A stretch of DNA of 64,000 nt from Limisphaerales bacterium (GCA_050949405.1 JBMNFQ010000001.1:1578727-1642726); one strand, 5' to 3'; numbered from the stretch's first letter, positions 35,212 to 45,262 are shown. Translations and numbers: made by a program. The notes: a model not told the origin generated them from the sequence alone.

Positions 35212-37428
35212 ATGTCTGAAAAGCAAAGCTCTAAGGATGGGTGCGGAATTTGCTGCGGCAAGGTTGCGTCCATAGTTCCTCTGTTCAACCCTAAATCGGT
35301 TGCTGTTGTCGGCGCCACAGAAAAGCCCAATTCAGTAGGGCGGACGGTTCTGTGGAATTTAATCAGCAGTCCTTTTGGCGGAACGGTTTATCCTGTAAAC
35401 CCAAATCGACCCAGTGTGTTAGGCATAAAAGCTTATCCCAATCTGGCTTCCTGTCCAGGAGAGGTGGATTTGATCGTTGTCTGCACTCCGGCCAGAACGG
35501 TTCGCGCAATCATTGCTGAAGCCGCCCAAAAGGGAGTCAAGGGTGCAGTGGTGATTTCTGCCGGATTTAAAGAAATAGGCCCTGAAGGGGCAGAGCTTGA
35601 GCGTCAGCTGGCCGAAGAAGCCAGTAAGACAGGCATGCGCATTGTCGGTCCGAACTGCCTGGGTATCATGAACCCCGTTGTTGGGCTCAATGCCTCCTTT
35701 GCACCTGCCGTTGCGGCTTCTGGCAGCATCGGCTTTATCAGCCAGAGTGGCGCTTTGGGTTGTGCCGTTCTGGATTGGTGTGAACACAATAAAGTGGGGC
35801 TTTCCAGTTTTGCTTCGATCGGCTCCATGATGGATGTAAACTGGGGCGACCTGATCTGCTATCTGGGTGAAGATGAAAACACCCGCAGCATTGTGATCTA
35901 TATGGAATCCATTGGCGATGCCGCATCTTTCCTGGAGGCGGCTTCCAAGGTTACGCTCAAGAAACCGATTTTTGTGATTAAGCCAGGACGCACTGAAGGG
36001 GCCGCCAAAGCAGCGGCTTCCCACACAGGCTCCATGACCGGTTCCGACGATGTGCTGGAGGCTGCGTTCAAGCGAGTCGGTGTTATCCGTCTCACAGAAA
36101 TTTCCGAGGTCTTTGATATGTTCAATGCCCTTTCGCGCCAGCCGTTGCCGCAGGGTAACCGCTTGAGTGTGATTACGAACGCTGGAGGACCGGGCGTTCT
36201 CTGCACCGATGCTCTTTTGCTCTCGGGTGGTGTACTGGCCGATGTCGATCCCAAAATCATTGAGGAGCTTAACACCTTCCTGCCCTCGGCCTGGAGCAAG
36301 AGCAACCCTGTTGATATTCTGGGTGATGCCAGCCCTGAGGCGTACGCCCGTACCCTGGATATAGTCGGCCATGATGATGGAGCGGATGGGTTCCTCGTAA
36401 TCCTTACCCCGCAGGCAATGAGCCGCCCGACCGAAACAGCAGAAAAAGTGAAAGCTTTTGGCAAGGTCGAAGGTAAACCAGTTTATGCAAGTTGGATGGG
36501 AGGAGCCCTTGTTGAAGAGGCTCAAAAAGTTTTAACCCAAGCCGGCATACCGGTTTTTGCCGAGCCTGATACCGCAGCCAAAACTTTCACCACCCTCTAT
36601 CGCTATAAAAAGAATCTCGAACAGCTCTCAGCTCCTTCAGAGTGCCTTCCGAAAAATGATGAAAGGCAAAAGGCTCGCGAAATGGCATCTACGCTGATAG
36701 ACCAGGTTCGTGCGTCTGGCCGTACCATTCTGACCGAGTACGAGTCCAAGAAGCTGCTCAGTATCTACGGCGTGAATACGGTTCAAACCGAGATTGCCCA
36801 AACAGAGGAAGAAGCGGTGAAGCTGGCTGAAGGGATGAAGTTCCCTGTGGTGGCCAAGCTGCTTTCTGAAACGATCACCCACAAGACCGATGTGGGCGGC
36901 GTAAAGCTGAATCTTCAGAATCCTGAAGAGGTCCGTGAGGCTTTTGCTTCCATCAAAGAGTCTGTATCCAAACATCCGGAGTGGGGCGTTGAGCATTTCC
37001 AGGGAGTCACCATTCAGCAAATGATAAAGCAGGATGGGTATGAGATCATTTTGGGCTCGAGTCTGGATGGTCAGTTTGGGCCGGTGCTTCTTTTTGGTAT
37101 GGGTGGTCAACTGGTGGAGGTCTTTAAGGATAAATCACTGGGTCTGCCTCCGTTAAATAGAACACAAGCTCGGCTCATGCTTGAAGAGACCAAGATTTTC
37201 ACGGCTCTGCAAGGTGTCCGCGGTCGCAAGTCCGTGGATATTGAAGCGCTGGAAAACCTGATGGTCCAGTTCTCTCTCATTGTTGCCGAGCAGCCCTGGA
37301 TTAAGGAAGTCGATATTAATCCGCTTTTGGCTTCCGAAGAGCAGATTATCGCTCTGGATGCCCGCGTCATTCTGCATGACCTGGATACGGCTGTTGAGAG
37401 CCTCTCCAAGCCGGCCATCCAGGGCTAA
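35212..37428 (+). CDS. ADP-forming acetyl-CoA synthetase / acetate--CoA ligase family protein (fused alpha and beta domains)
   Basis: It has the CoA-binding N-terminus [16 protein letters not shown] and a succinyl-CoA-synthetase-like ligase domain ([21 protein letters not shown]). The C-terminus is an ATP-grasp ([11 protein letters not shown]....[17 protein letters not shown]). Confidence 0.85.
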   Translation: MSEKQSSKDGCGICCGKVASIVPLFNPKSVAVVGATEKPNSVGRTVLWNLISSPFGGTVYPVNPNRPSVLGIKAYPNLASCPGEVDLIVVCTPARTVRAIIAEAAQKGVKGAVVISAGFKEIGPEGAELERQLAEEASKTGMRIVGPNCLGIMNPVVGLNASFAPAVAASGSIGFISQSGALGCAVLDWCEHNKVGLSSFASIGSMMDVNWGDLICYLGEDENTRSIVIYMESIGDAASFLEAASKVTLKKPIFVIKPGRTEGAAKAAASHTGSMTGSDDVLEAAFKRVGVIRLTEISEVFDMFNALSRQPLPQGNRLSVITNAGGPGVLCTDALLLSGGVLADVDPKIIEELNTFLPSAWSKSNPVDILGDASPEAYARTLDIVGHDDGADGFLVILTPQAMSRPTETAEKVKAFGKVEGKPVYASWMGGALVEEAQKVLTQAGIPVFAEPDTAAKTFTTLYRYKKNLEQLSAPSECLPKNDERQKAREMASTLIDQVRASGRTILTEYESKKLLSIYGVNTVQTEIAQTEEEAVKLAEGMKFPVVAKLLSETITHKTDVGGVKLNLQNPEEVREAFASIKESVSKHPEWGVEHFQGVTIQQMIKQDGYEIILGSSLDGQFGPVLLFGMGGQLVEVFKDKSLGLPPLNRTQARLMLEETKIFTALQGVRGRKSVDIEALENLMVQFSLIVAEQPWIKEVDINPLLASEEQIIALDARVILHDLDTAVESLSKPAIQG

Positions 37429-37458
37429 AGAAGAGAGAACGCCTTAACAGGTGACATT

Positions 37459-37492
37459 AAAAATGCCGTCAGTTTTTATTGACGGCATTTTT
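37459..37492 (+). terminator. Rho-independent terminator
   Basis: A 13-bp stem pairs AAAAATGCCGTCA (37459-37471) with TGACGGCATTTTT (37480-37492), giving a U-rich 3' arm. Confidence 0.75.
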
Positions 37493-37541
37493 ATGTTCAG
37501 GAAGCATCGGTTTGTCATTCAGATGTACATGGCTATGGAAT

Positions 37542-37566
37542 AAAAAAACACCCCAAAAATGGGGTG
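37542..37566 (-). terminator. Terminator of the first prepilin-like gene
   Basis: On the minus strand, CACCCC-loop-GGGGTG is followed by TTTTTTT, encoded by the A-run at 37542-37548. Confidence 0.6.
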
Positions 37567-37595
37567 CTTTTATCTGGAATAAGAATCCCTGCTAC

Positions 37596-38420
37596 TTACT
37601 CTCGAATGCCGGCAGAGCCACGTCCACCATAAGGATCATTAGGTTTACACCAGAGGAGGCTGGGGCCATATTTGGACTCTTCGATGAATTTGTTTTTAGT
37701 GATGAAGAGAGAAGAACCTGAAAAGTTGCCGATGATTCCGCCGTTACCGTGCCACTCATTAATTCCCTCCCAGGAGTACTGATCGGGTTCATAGGGGAAG
37801 CTGGAGGCGTCGTTAAAGGCGTTGGCGCCATTTGGGCCGCTTGCATCGGGCTCCCAAATGGCATAAGCATTCGGTTTGAAAGAGGATAACTTATAGATAG
37901 GATTATCTCCGGCGGCAGGGAAACCCGCGATGGAACCGTTCATCACATAGGTGCTGAGCTGATTTTGGCGATCCTTCCAAGTGGGGGTGGTAGTGGGTTT
38001 ATCCTTGGGACAGATGTAGGATTTGGGAGACTTAAGATAAGTCCAATAAAGCCCCTTATAATAGTTTGTCACTAAGACCGGATCCCTTCCATTAGGGACA
38101 CGCGCACTGGCCTGTTTGGCAATGGTAGCCGGGTTTGCGACACCGGTATAAGGAAAAAGCCAACCGTTGGGACGATTCTCTCCCGGAGCTCCCCAATTTG
38201 CCGGAGCCATTCTATCCTCGTTGTCGGACGTGTACATATTCATTGTGAGGAGTAATTGCTTAAAATTACCGACACAAGTCGTACGCTGTGCTTTTTCCTT
38301 GGCTTTACTCAGAGCCGGCAGGATCATTCCCGCCAGGATTGCAATAATCGCAATAACCACAAGCAACTCTATGAGAGTAAAGGCGTTTGCTCTATTTATC
38401 TGGTTGAATTTTTTTGTCAT
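37596..38420 (-). CDS. Prepilin-type N-terminal cleavage/methylation domain protein (DUF1559-like, PVC-typical)
   Basis: The N-terminus is [44 protein letters not shown]. It is a paralog of the next gene. Confidence 0.85.
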   Translation of the reverse strand: MTKKFNQINRANAFTLIELLVVIAIIAILAGMILPALSKAKEKAQRTTCVGNFKQLLLTMNMYTSDNEDRMAPANWGAPGENRPNGWLFPYTGVANPATIAKQASARVPNGRDPVLVTNYYKGLYWTYLKSPKSYICPKDKPTTTPTWKDRQNQLSTYVMNGSIAGFPAAGDNPIYKLSSFKPNAYAIWEPDASGPNGANAFNDASSFPYEPDQYSWEGINEWHGNGGIIGNFSGSSLFITKNKFIEESKYGPSLLWCKPNDPYGGRGSAGIRE

Positions 38421-38450
38421 AAAACAGCTATCAGTTAACTAACTGCCCGA

Positions 38451-38479
38451 ATCATAGGTTTTTTTTGCGGACAAGTCAA
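38451..38479 (-). promoter_or_regulatory. Candidate sigma-70 promoter of prepilin-like gene A
   Basis: On the minus strand, TTGACT (38479-38474), a 17-nt spacer, then TATGAT (38456-38451), about 30 nt upstream of the ATG at 38420. Confidence 0.45.
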
Positions 38480-38588
38480 GAGAGAATGAGGCATTAAATT
38501 CTATTTTTAGGATAAAAGGGCTCTGAAAAGCGAAATCCTTTTCTGGAGACTCTGCAGGTTTATGGCTCATAAACTTGTCGGGCCGCTA

Positions 38589-39413
38589 TTATTCTCTGGT
38601 TCCAGGAGAGCCACGCCCACCATAAGGGTCATTAGGTTTGCACCACAAAAGGCTGGGACCATACTTGGACTCTTTAATGAACTGGCTTACTGTAATAAAG
38701 AGAGCAGAGCCTGAGAAGTTGCCTATGGTACCGCCGTTACCGTGCCACTCATTAATTCCCTCCCAGGAGTATTGGTCAGGCTCATAAGGAAAACTGGATG
38801 CGTCGTTAAAGGCATTAGCACCGTCGGGGCCACTTCCATCGGGCTCCCAAATAGCATAGGCGGTAGGTTTAAAAGAGGTTATTTTGTAGATGGGCTTTTC
38901 TCCGGCGGCAGGAAAACCGGCTATGGAACCATTCATTATATAGGTGCTGAGCTGATTTTGACGATCCTTCCAAGTAGGGGTGGCCGTCGGTTTGTCCTTG
39001 GGGCAGAGATATGATTTGGGCGATTTAAGATAAGACCAGTAAAGCCCCTTGTAGTAGTTCGTCACCAGGGTTGGGTCTCTGCCATTAGGGACTCGAGAGC
39101 TGTTCTGTTTGGCAATGGTGGCAGGGTTTGCAACCCCTCTATAAGGAAAGAGCCAACCATCAGGGCGGTCTGAGCCTGGTGCGCCCCAGTTTGCCGGAGC
39201 CATTCTATCCTCGTTGTCGGACGTGTACATACTCATTGTGAGAAGCAATTGTTTAAAGTTACCGACACAAGTTGTACGTTGCGCTTTTTCTTTGGCTTTG
39301 CTTAGAGCTGGCAGGATCATTCCCGCCAAGATTGCAATAATCGCAATAACTACCAATAACTCTATGAGTGTAAAGGCACCGTTTTCATTCTTCCAGTTGA
39401 GTTTTTTGTTCAT
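38589..39413 (-). CDS. Prepilin-type N-terminal cleavage/methylation domain protein (DUF1559-like), paralog B
   Basis: It has the same leader and mature domain as 37596-38420. The ATG at 39413 ([20 protein letters not shown]) is preferred because the putative promoter -10 lies at 39443-39448. Confidence 0.85.
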   Translation of the reverse strand: MNKKLNWKNENGAFTLIELLVVIAIIAILAGMILPALSKAKEKAQRTTCVGNFKQLLLTMSMYTSDNEDRMAPANWGAPGSDRPDGWLFPYRGVANPATIAKQNSSRVPNGRDPTLVTNYYKGLYWSYLKSPKSYLCPKDKPTATPTWKDRQNQLSTYIMNGSIAGFPAAGEKPIYKITSFKPTAYAIWEPDGSGPDGANAFNDASSFPYEPDQYSWEGINEWHGNGGTIGNFSGSALFITVSQFIKESKYGPSLLWCKPNDPYGGRGSPGTRE

Positions 39414-39442
39414 AAAAATAGCCATCAGTTTGCCAAACACCT

Positions 39443-39470
39443 AAGCTACTCTTTTTTATATGGAAGTCAA
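39443..39470 (-). promoter_or_regulatory. Candidate sigma-70 promoter of prepilin-like gene B
   Basis: On the minus strand, TTGACT (39470-39465), a 16-nt spacer, then TAGCTT (39448-39443). Confidence 0.4.
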
Positions 39471-39621
39471 GAAAGGACGATGTGGAAAGTTAAAAAAAAT
39501 TAATGCTATATTGCTTCTGAGACTGAGGAAGCCTTCAGAATGTCTTGAAAAAAGGCATAGAAACTACAGAAAAAAGGTGATAGGTCGATTTGAGAGCAGG
39601 AGGTTTTTTGGGTCGTACTTC

Positions 39622-39670
39622 CTAAAAGCGACACCCCCATGCAACTCATGTTTGAAAAATCGCATGGGGG
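39622..39670 (-). terminator. Candidate terminator downstream of the leuC-like gene
   Basis: Stem CCCCCATGC (39634-39642) pairs with GCATGGGGG (39662-39670). On the minus strand it is followed by TGTCGCTTTT. Confidence 0.45.
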
Positions 39671-39694
39671 CAGTGCAGATACAAGATTGTTTTC

Positions 39695-41068
39695 TTATTG
39701 CAAATAATCTCTGGGGTCAGCCACCGAGCCGGCAATAGCGCTGGCGGCAACGGTTGCCGGAGAGGCCAGGAAAATCCGGGCATCTTTGGAGCCCATACGC
39801 CCGGGGAAGTTCCGGTTAGTGGTGCTGATACAGATACCGGCCTGATTCATACGACCGAAAGTATCAATGGGGCCGCCCAGGCAGGCAGCGCAGCCGGGAT
39901 TGGCGCTCAACAAAACACCCGCATCTTCGAAAATTTGCCAGAGCGTTTTGCCCTGAATGGTGAGAGTCTTCATGTCTCTTTCCACTTCAGGGGTTGCAGG
40001 TACGGCGAAAGTTTGAATTTTTACTTCGCGACCTCTTAAAATCTCCGCAGCCGCATAAAAATCGCTTGTTTTACCGCCGGTGCAACTGCCCAGATAAGCG
40101 CGATCAAGTTTTTCGGAGCGCAGTTCACGGGCCAGTTTGCGCATACCCGGATTGGGGTGGCAGGCAACAGTCGGCTCCAGCTTGCTGATATCGATGGAGT
40201 GAGAGCTAAAAAACTTCTCATTCTTATCTCGCTCAACAGGGGTGTAGTCGGATTTTGTTCCATTGAGCTTGCAGCGGGTGTCTACGAATTCACGAGTCGT
40301 GTTGTCGAATTCAAAGATGCCGTTTTTACCGCCGGCCTCAATGGCCATGTTGGCAATCGTCAAACGGTCTTCCATGGTGAGTGTGGCTACGGCCTCGCCG
40401 CCAAACTGAAGTGCCATATAGGTGGCGCCGTCAAAGCCCATATCGCCGATGGCATGCAGGATGATATCCTTGGCCATGATGCCCGGGTTGAGCTTGCCCT
40501 CCAGGTTCCAATAGATAGTCTCGGGAACTTTCAGGAGAATTTTTCCGGTCCCCATCACAAAACCCGCATCGGTATTGCCGACCCCGGTGGAGAACATATT
40601 AAATGCTCCTGCCGAGCAGGTGTGGGAATCGGTCCCGATCATGACTTCGCCCGGGCGGGTGTGCCCTTTTTCTACGACGGCAGAGTGGCAAACCCCGGCA
40701 TATCTGGAGCCATATTGGCGGACCTTGTTGCCTTTGGCCGGGTCATAGACCCAACGCTCACCCGGTTTGGCATCAATCACATCGTAAAAGTAGGGGAGGT
40801 CTTGCTCTTGTGCAAAGTCGCGGAGAATATCCACGTTGCGGTTGCATTTTGTGTCGCAGGTAAAAATATAGTGATCGGGTGTGACGACCACTTTATTGCG
40901 GTCCCAGACACGAGCATTTTCTCCGAACTCCCGTTTGAAAATGCCAATGGTCCCCGGACCACACACATCGTGGGTGAGGAGGACATCGACAGAAGTCCAC
41001 ACATTATCACCTGCTTGCAGCTGGCTGCGCCCGGCTGCCCTGGCCAAAACTTTTTCCGTTAACGTCAT
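39695..41068 (-). CDS. leuC: Aconitase-family dehydratase large subunit (3-isopropylmalate / homoaconitate hydratase LeuC/HacA type)
   Basis: Supporting blocks are MTLTEKVLARAAG, LLTHDVCGP, GTDSHTCSAGAF, GSCTGG and NRNFPGRMG (Fe-S ligand cysteine contexts). Confidence 0.8.
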   Translation of the reverse strand: MTLTEKVLARAAGRSQLQAGDNVWTSVDVLLTHDVCGPGTIGIFKREFGENARVWDRNKVVVTPDHYIFTCDTKCNRNVDILRDFAQEQDLPYFYDVIDAKPGERWVYDPAKGNKVRQYGSRYAGVCHSAVVEKGHTRPGEVMIGTDSHTCSAGAFNMFSTGVGNTDAGFVMGTGKILLKVPETIYWNLEGKLNPGIMAKDIILHAIGDMGFDGATYMALQFGGEAVATLTMEDRLTIANMAIEAGGKNGIFEFDNTTREFVDTRCKLNGTKSDYTPVERDKNEKFFSSHSIDISKLEPTVACHPNPGMRKLARELRSEKLDRAYLGSCTGGKTSDFYAAAEILRGREVKIQTFAVPATPEVERDMKTLTIQGKTLWQIFEDAGVLLSANPGCAACLGGPIDTFGRMNQAGICISTTNRNFPGRMGSKDARIFLASPATVAASAIAGSVADPRDYLQ

Positions 41069-41313
41069 AACGCACACTCACTTTACATGATAATTGAAAG
41101 TTCTGCAACAGAGACGCCGGAAAAACAGGTAAAAAAAGGTTCTTCTACGCATGGCTGGCATCTCTTCTCAGGTTTGTTGACGGGGAGCACGGGGCCTTTG
41201 TGGAGAAAATAGAGAGACTCTTCAAAAAACATCTTGCGTTTGGAGAGATATTTGGAGATGCTTGGGGGCCTTTCGTGTGGCGCACGCCGCTCGGAGTTGC
41301 TTGTTTTCTAACG

Positions 41314-42240
41314 GTGAAAATTTACAGCGGTAATTCAAATCAGCCACTTGCCAAGGCAATCTGCAAGTACATTGGGGTTAATTTGGGGCGCTCGGACGTA
41401 TCCCAATTCCCTGATGGCGAAACCTTTGTTAAGATAGAGGAAAACGTGCGCGGCAGCGACGTTTTTGTGATACAGTCCACATGCCCGCCCACCAATCATA
41501 ATCTGATGGAGCTCTTCATCATGATTGATGCGCTCAAAAGGGCAAGTGCAGCCCGCATTACGGCGGTTATTCCGTTTTATGGTTATGCACGGCAGGACCG
41601 CAAAGACCAGCCTCGTGTCCCGATTACGGCCAAACTGGTCGCCAACCTGCTGGTTGCGGCTGGGGCAAACCGTATCTTAACGATGGATTTGCATGCGCAG
41701 CAGATTCAAGGTTTTTTTGACATTCCTGTGGATCATCTTTATGCGAATCCGGTTTTGCTGGATTACATTAAGACGTTAAAAACAGATAATTTGACGATTG
41801 TTTGCCCAGATGTGGGCGGTATCAAGAAAGCCTATAACATTGCCGAAGCACTGGATAAGCCACTGGCAATAGTGGCCAAACGGCGCAAAAGCGCTCATGA
41901 GGTAGAGGCGACGGCCTTGATCGGAGAGGTTGGAGGGAGCGATATACTCCTGGTAGATGACCTGACTGAGACGGCTGGGACTCTTGTTGCTGCTGCCAAC
42001 CTGCTTAAACAGGAAGGTGCCAACAAGATATATGCCTGTGTTTCACATTCGCTTCTCAATGAGATCGGGTATAAGCGCCTGAAGAGCTCGGTGATTGATG
42101 AGCTGATAACAACTGACAGTGTGCTCAACCCGCCACGAGAAGGTGTGAACCTTAAGGTAATTTCCATAGCGGAGCTTTTGGGTGAGGCTATTGTGCGAAT
42201 TCACAAAAATCTTTCTGTGACTTCGCTCTTTGATCATTAA
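41314..42240 (+). CDS. prs: Ribose-phosphate pyrophosphokinase
   Basis: The GTG at 41314 gives the canonical N-terminus VKIYSGNSNQPLAKAI. Supporting blocks are PYYGYARQDRK-like (PFYGYARQDRKD), DLHAQQIQGFF and the PRPP loop LVDDLTETAGT. Confidence 0.9.
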   Translation: MKIYSGNSNQPLAKAICKYIGVNLGRSDVSQFPDGETFVKIEENVRGSDVFVIQSTCPPTNHNLMELFIMIDALKRASAARITAVIPFYGYARQDRKDQPRVPITAKLVANLLVAAGANRILTMDLHAQQIQGFFDIPVDHLYANPVLLDYIKTLKTDNLTIVCPDVGGIKKAYNIAEALDKPLAIVAKRRKSAHEVEATALIGEVGGSDILLVDDLTETAGTLVAAANLLKQEGANKIYACVSHSLLNEIGYKRLKSSVIDELITTDSVLNPPREGVNLKVISIAELLGEAIVRIHKNLSVTSLFDH

Positions 42241-42293
42241 AAGTATTACGAAAACAGAAGGATTTAGTACGTAAAACAGTACTTTAAACGAGA

Positions 42294-42947
42294 ATGAAAG
42301 CTGAGTCATTAATGGTGTTTCCGCGCACGTTGAAAAAGCGGATTGGGGTCAAAAAACTGCGCAAACAGGCACGTGTGCCAGCAGTAATTTATGGTAGCAA
42401 GACTGAACCTCAGAATCTGGAGGTGGAGCGGAGGGAAATCGAAAGTCTCTACAACCATTCAGTCTCCGAATTTTTACTACTTGAGCTGACTTATGGAGGG
42501 GAAGGCGCAGAGGGTAAACGTCTGGCAATCCTCCAGGAGCTTCAACATCATCCACTTACGGGAGACATCCTGCATGTGGACTTGCGTGAAGTTTCTCCGG
42601 ATGAGAAAGTGGAAATCAGTGTTACTATTGAGCCTGAAGGAGAGGCCGAAGGCGTTAAGCTTGGTGGGGTTTTGGACCAACCTTTGCAGAGTGTCCGCGT
42701 TCGTGGCACCGTAGCGCTTTTGCCTGAAATCATTACTGTGGATGTTAAGGCTCTCGGTCAGGGTGAAGTTCTCCAGGTAAAAGACCTGACGGTCCCAGAA
42801 GGAGTTGAAGTACTGGCCGACAGTTTACTGGCTGTCTTCTCAGTGACTGCACCGACTGAGGAACCCGAGGAGGGAGCTGAAGGTGAGGAAGAGGGTGCAA
42901 CGACTGAACCTGAAGTTATCAGCGAGAAGAAGCAGGAAGAAGAATAG
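42294..42947 (+). CDS. rplY: 50S ribosomal protein L25 / general stress protein Ctc
   Basis: Supporting blocks are RKQARVPAVIYG and HHPLTGDILHVDL. An acidic C-terminal tail is present. Confidence 0.9.
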   Translation: MKAESLMVFPRTLKKRIGVKKLRKQARVPAVIYGSKTEPQNLEVERREIESLYNHSVSEFLLLELTYGGEGAEGKRLAILQELQHHPLTGDILHVDLREVSPDEKVEISVTIEPEGEAEGVKLGGVLDQPLQSVRVRGTVALLPEIITVDVKALGQGEVLQVKDLTVPEGVEVLADSLLAVFSVTAPTEEPEEGAEGEEEGATTEPEVISEKKQEEE

Positions 42948-42998
42948 AAAGCTTGCCTTTTTCCGGATAAATTTGCAGAATTCTCCCGACTCCAAACC

Positions 42999-43598
42999 GT
43001 GATGGAGGCTTATCTCATCGCTGGCTTGGGGAACCCGGGGCTGGAGTATGCCCTGACTCGGCATAATGTTGGCTTTGGGGTGACTGATTTACTGGCGCAG
43101 CGCTGGAATACGGAGTTCCGCCAGGAGAGTGGGTTCCAGGCTCGACTTGCATTTGCCAATGTAGGTCAAAGCAGGGTTTGTCTTTGTCAGCCTCTGACTT
43201 GGATGAATCTGAGCGGGAAGGCTGTTGGTGCGCTCGCTCGCTACTATAAGATAAAAGTGGCAAACATGCTAATCGTTCTTGACGATGCTGATTTGCCGTT
43301 AGGGCGGATACGTATGCGACCCGCTGGCAGTAGTGGTGGTCATCGGGGGATGGAATCGGTGATTCTCCATTTAGGCTCTGAGGAGATACCGCGCTTAAAG
43401 CTCGGAATTGGAGATGCCGGCCAAAGGCGTATTACCCGGCATGTGCTGGGTCGGTTCTGTGATGAAGAGATGCCCGTTGTGGGAAAGGTTTTATCTCGTG
43501 CGGCTGATCAGGCTCAGTGCTGGATTGAGCACGGGATACAGAAAGCAATGAATGAATTTAATGGAGCTGTGACTCCAGAAAAAAGGGAAAACGAGTGA
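42999..43598 (+). CDS. pth: Peptidyl-tRNA hydrolase
   Basis: Supporting blocks are LIAGLGNPGLEYALTRHNVGF, LDDADLPLGRIRMRPAGSSGGHRG and RLKLGIG. Confidence 0.95.
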   Translation: MMEAYLIAGLGNPGLEYALTRHNVGFGVTDLLAQRWNTEFRQESGFQARLAFANVGQSRVCLCQPLTWMNLSGKAVGALARYYKIKVANMLIVLDDADLPLGRIRMRPAGSSGGHRGMESVILHLGSEEIPRLKLGIGDAGQRRITRHVLGRFCDEEMPVVGKVLSRAADQAQCWIEHGIQKAMNEFNGAVTPEKRENE

Positions 43599-43945
43599 AA
43601 AAGTACGAAGGTCTGTTTATATTAAACATTGACGGAAGCGAAGAGTCAATCAAGGACGCGCTGGAAAAAGTGAACACAGAGATTACCGCCCAGGGTGGTA
43701 AGGTTGAAAGTGTCACAAAGATGGACAAGCGCCCCTTTGCGAGAACTCCAGACAAGAAAGTGACCTCTGGTTATTATGTCAATATAGTTTTGGAGGCTCC
43801 GCCAGCTGCTATTGAAGTGCTGCGCAGCCGTTTCGCATTGGTTCCAGTTGTTTATCGCGTCATGTTCAATAAAGGCGTGCATGCGGTTGTTCCTCAAGAG
43901 GAAGCGCCCGCACCTGCTGAAGCCGCCACTGAAACCACTGCATAA
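43595..43945 (+). CDS. rpsF: 30S ribosomal protein S6
   Basis: Supporting blocks are KKYEGLFILN and RPFARTPDKKVTSGYYV. The GTG start overlaps the pth stop. Confidence 0.9.
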   Translation: MKKYEGLFILNIDGSEESIKDALEKVNTEITAQGGKVESVTKMDKRPFARTPDKKVTSGYYVNIVLEAPPAAIEVLRSRFALVPVVYRVMFNKGVHAVVPQEEAPAPAEAATETTA

Positions 43946-43980
43946 CCCCATACAGGGGTACTGCCTGGAGATGCAAGACT

Positions 43981-44547
43981 ATGGCTGCCAACTATAACAA
44001 AGTGATACTCATGGGGAACCTGACACGGGACCCCGAGTTACGTTACACTCCCAAGGGAACCCCAGTGGTTCGATTTGGGCTGGCGGTGAATCGGACCTGG
44101 CGCGATGATAGCGGCCAACCTGTCAATGACGTGCTCTTTGTGGATGTGGATGCCTTTGGTACCCAGGCGGAATTGATTAGCCAGTATCTTCGCAAAGGCA
44201 GCCCGCTCTTTATGGAGGGGCGGCTCAAGCTTGATACTTGGGAGGATAAGCAGACAGGCCAGCGCCGTAGCCGCATATCTGTTGTTTTGGAAGCATTCCA
44301 GTTTTTGGGTTCTCGCCAGGATAGTTCTTCAGAGTATGGTTCTGGTGGTGGTTATTCAGGCCAGGCTCCTTACTCGCAGCAACAGCAGCAACAGCAATCT
44401 TATGGAGAGGGTCGTGGAGGCGGCGGCGGTTCCTCTCAATATTCTGGGGGAGGCGGAGCCTTCCGCCAACCAGGGCAGGCTCCTCGCAGCTCTCCTGGCA
44501 ATCCTCCAGAGGAGGATCCGTCTCAGGATGATGACGTTCCATTCTGA
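43981..44547 (+). CDS. ssb: Single-stranded DNA-binding protein
   Basis: The OB fold is NKVILMGNLTRDPELRYTPKG. A Gly/Gln-rich linker and the acidic tail DDDVPF follow. Confidence 0.95.
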   Translation: MAANYNKVILMGNLTRDPELRYTPKGTPVVRFGLAVNRTWRDDSGQPVNDVLFVDVDAFGTQAELISQYLRKGSPLFMEGRLKLDTWEDKQTGQRRSRISVVLEAFQFLGSRQDSSSEYGSGGGYSGQAPYSQQQQQQQSYGEGRGGGGGSSQYSGGGGAFRQPGQAPRSSPGNPPEEDPSQDDDVPF

Positions 44548-44585
44548 GGAGTTTAATTTATCAAGGTAATTATTTAAGAGAATAT

Positions 44586-45074
44586 ATGTCGAAAATAGAT
44601 GTAATATTAGTTCGGAGCGTATCCGATCTGGGCGCCGAGGGTGATCAGGTAAAGGTCGCTGCTGGTTATGCGCGCAACTATCTGGTGCCCCAAGGCTATG
44701 CCATTCCTGTGACAATGGCCAATAAACGGCACTTGGAAGCTCTCAAACAGCGCCGTATTGAGCGTGAGGCCCGTGAGGTGGAGACGATGAATGAGCTGGG
44801 CGCAATGCTTTCAAAACTGGTCTTGAGCGTAGCTGTTAAAACCAACGAAGACCAATCCAAGATGTATGGCTCAGTCACCACTTCCACAATTACAGAAGAG
44901 CTTAAAGCACGCTATGAAATTTCGCTGGACAGGCACAAGATTGAACTCGAAAAACCTATCCGCACTTTAGGCGAGCATGAAGTGACCGTTAAGCTCCATT
45001 CCAAAGTGGTTGTGACGCTTAAGGTTGATGTTAAAAGCTCGAATCCGGTTGTTGCCACAAACGCGAAAGAGTAA
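44586..45074 (+). CDS. rplI: 50S ribosomal protein L9
   Basis: Supporting block is VILVRSVSDLGAEGDQVKVAAGYARNYLVPQGYA. Confidence 0.95.
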   Translation: MSKIDVILVRSVSDLGAEGDQVKVAAGYARNYLVPQGYAIPVTMANKRHLEALKQRRIEREAREVETMNELGAMLSKLVLSVAVKTNEDQSKMYGSVTTSTITEELKARYEISLDRHKIELEKPIRTLGEHEVTVKLHSKVVVTLKVDVKSSNPVVATNAKE

Positions 45075-45094
45075 AGGATTCACTAGAAATTTCA

Positions 45095-45136
45095 AAAAAC
45101 CCGTTTGATCAGCTCATTCGGGTTTTTCTTTTTTTC
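45095..45136 (+). terminator. Rho-independent terminator after rplI
   Basis: Stem AAAAACCCG/CGGGTTTTT (45095-45103 pairs with 45119-45127) is followed by a long T-rich run. Confidence 0.7.
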
Positions 45137-45170
45137 CACTTTCTTTGTTTTCTCTCTGACCCTGATCTCT

Positions 45171-45206
45171 AAAAAAACAGTCACTTTAAGGTTAAAGTGA
45201 CTGTTT
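45171..45206 (-). terminator. Terminator of the LTD-repeat protein gene
   Basis: A near-perfect 15-bp inverted repeat AAACAGTCACTTTAA / TTAAAGTGACTGTTT is followed on the minus strand by TTTTTTT. Confidence 0.65.
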
Positions 45207-45215
45207 GAATTCTTT

Positions 45216-45248
45216 GTAAAAGCGCCGTAAAAGCGCCGTAAAAGCGCT
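45216..45248. repeat. Three tandem copies of an 11-bp unit GTAAAAGCGCC
   Basis: The sequence reads directly as gtaaaagcgcc gtaaaagcgcc gtaaaagcgct. It lies between a terminator and the stop of the LTD gene. Confidence 0.85.
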
Positions 45249-45262
45249 TTCCAAAGTTAATG

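Noticed and set aside
35419-36525. 368-aa ORF antisense to the ADP-forming acetyl-CoA synthetase gene, and 188-aa and 157-aa ORFs nearby
   Set aside because: It has no recognisable motifs and is fully embedded in a well-supported CDS on the other strand.
37596-39413. A type IV pilus or type II secretion locus
   Set aside because: Only the two prepilin-leader genes are present. No ATPase, platform, secretin or prepilin peptidase genes are adjacent, which is consistent with the dispersed DUF1559-type family rather than a pilus operon.
39460-39738. 92-aa ORF in the intergenic region upstream of prepilin gene B
   Set aside because: Its translation is Lys/Arg-rich. It runs across the putative leuC terminator hairpin and into the leuC 3' end, and it has no supporting signals.
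40157-41062. 301-aa ORF antisense to the leuC-like gene
   Set aside because: It is embedded antisense in a CDS with clear aconitase-family motifs and has no motifs of its own.
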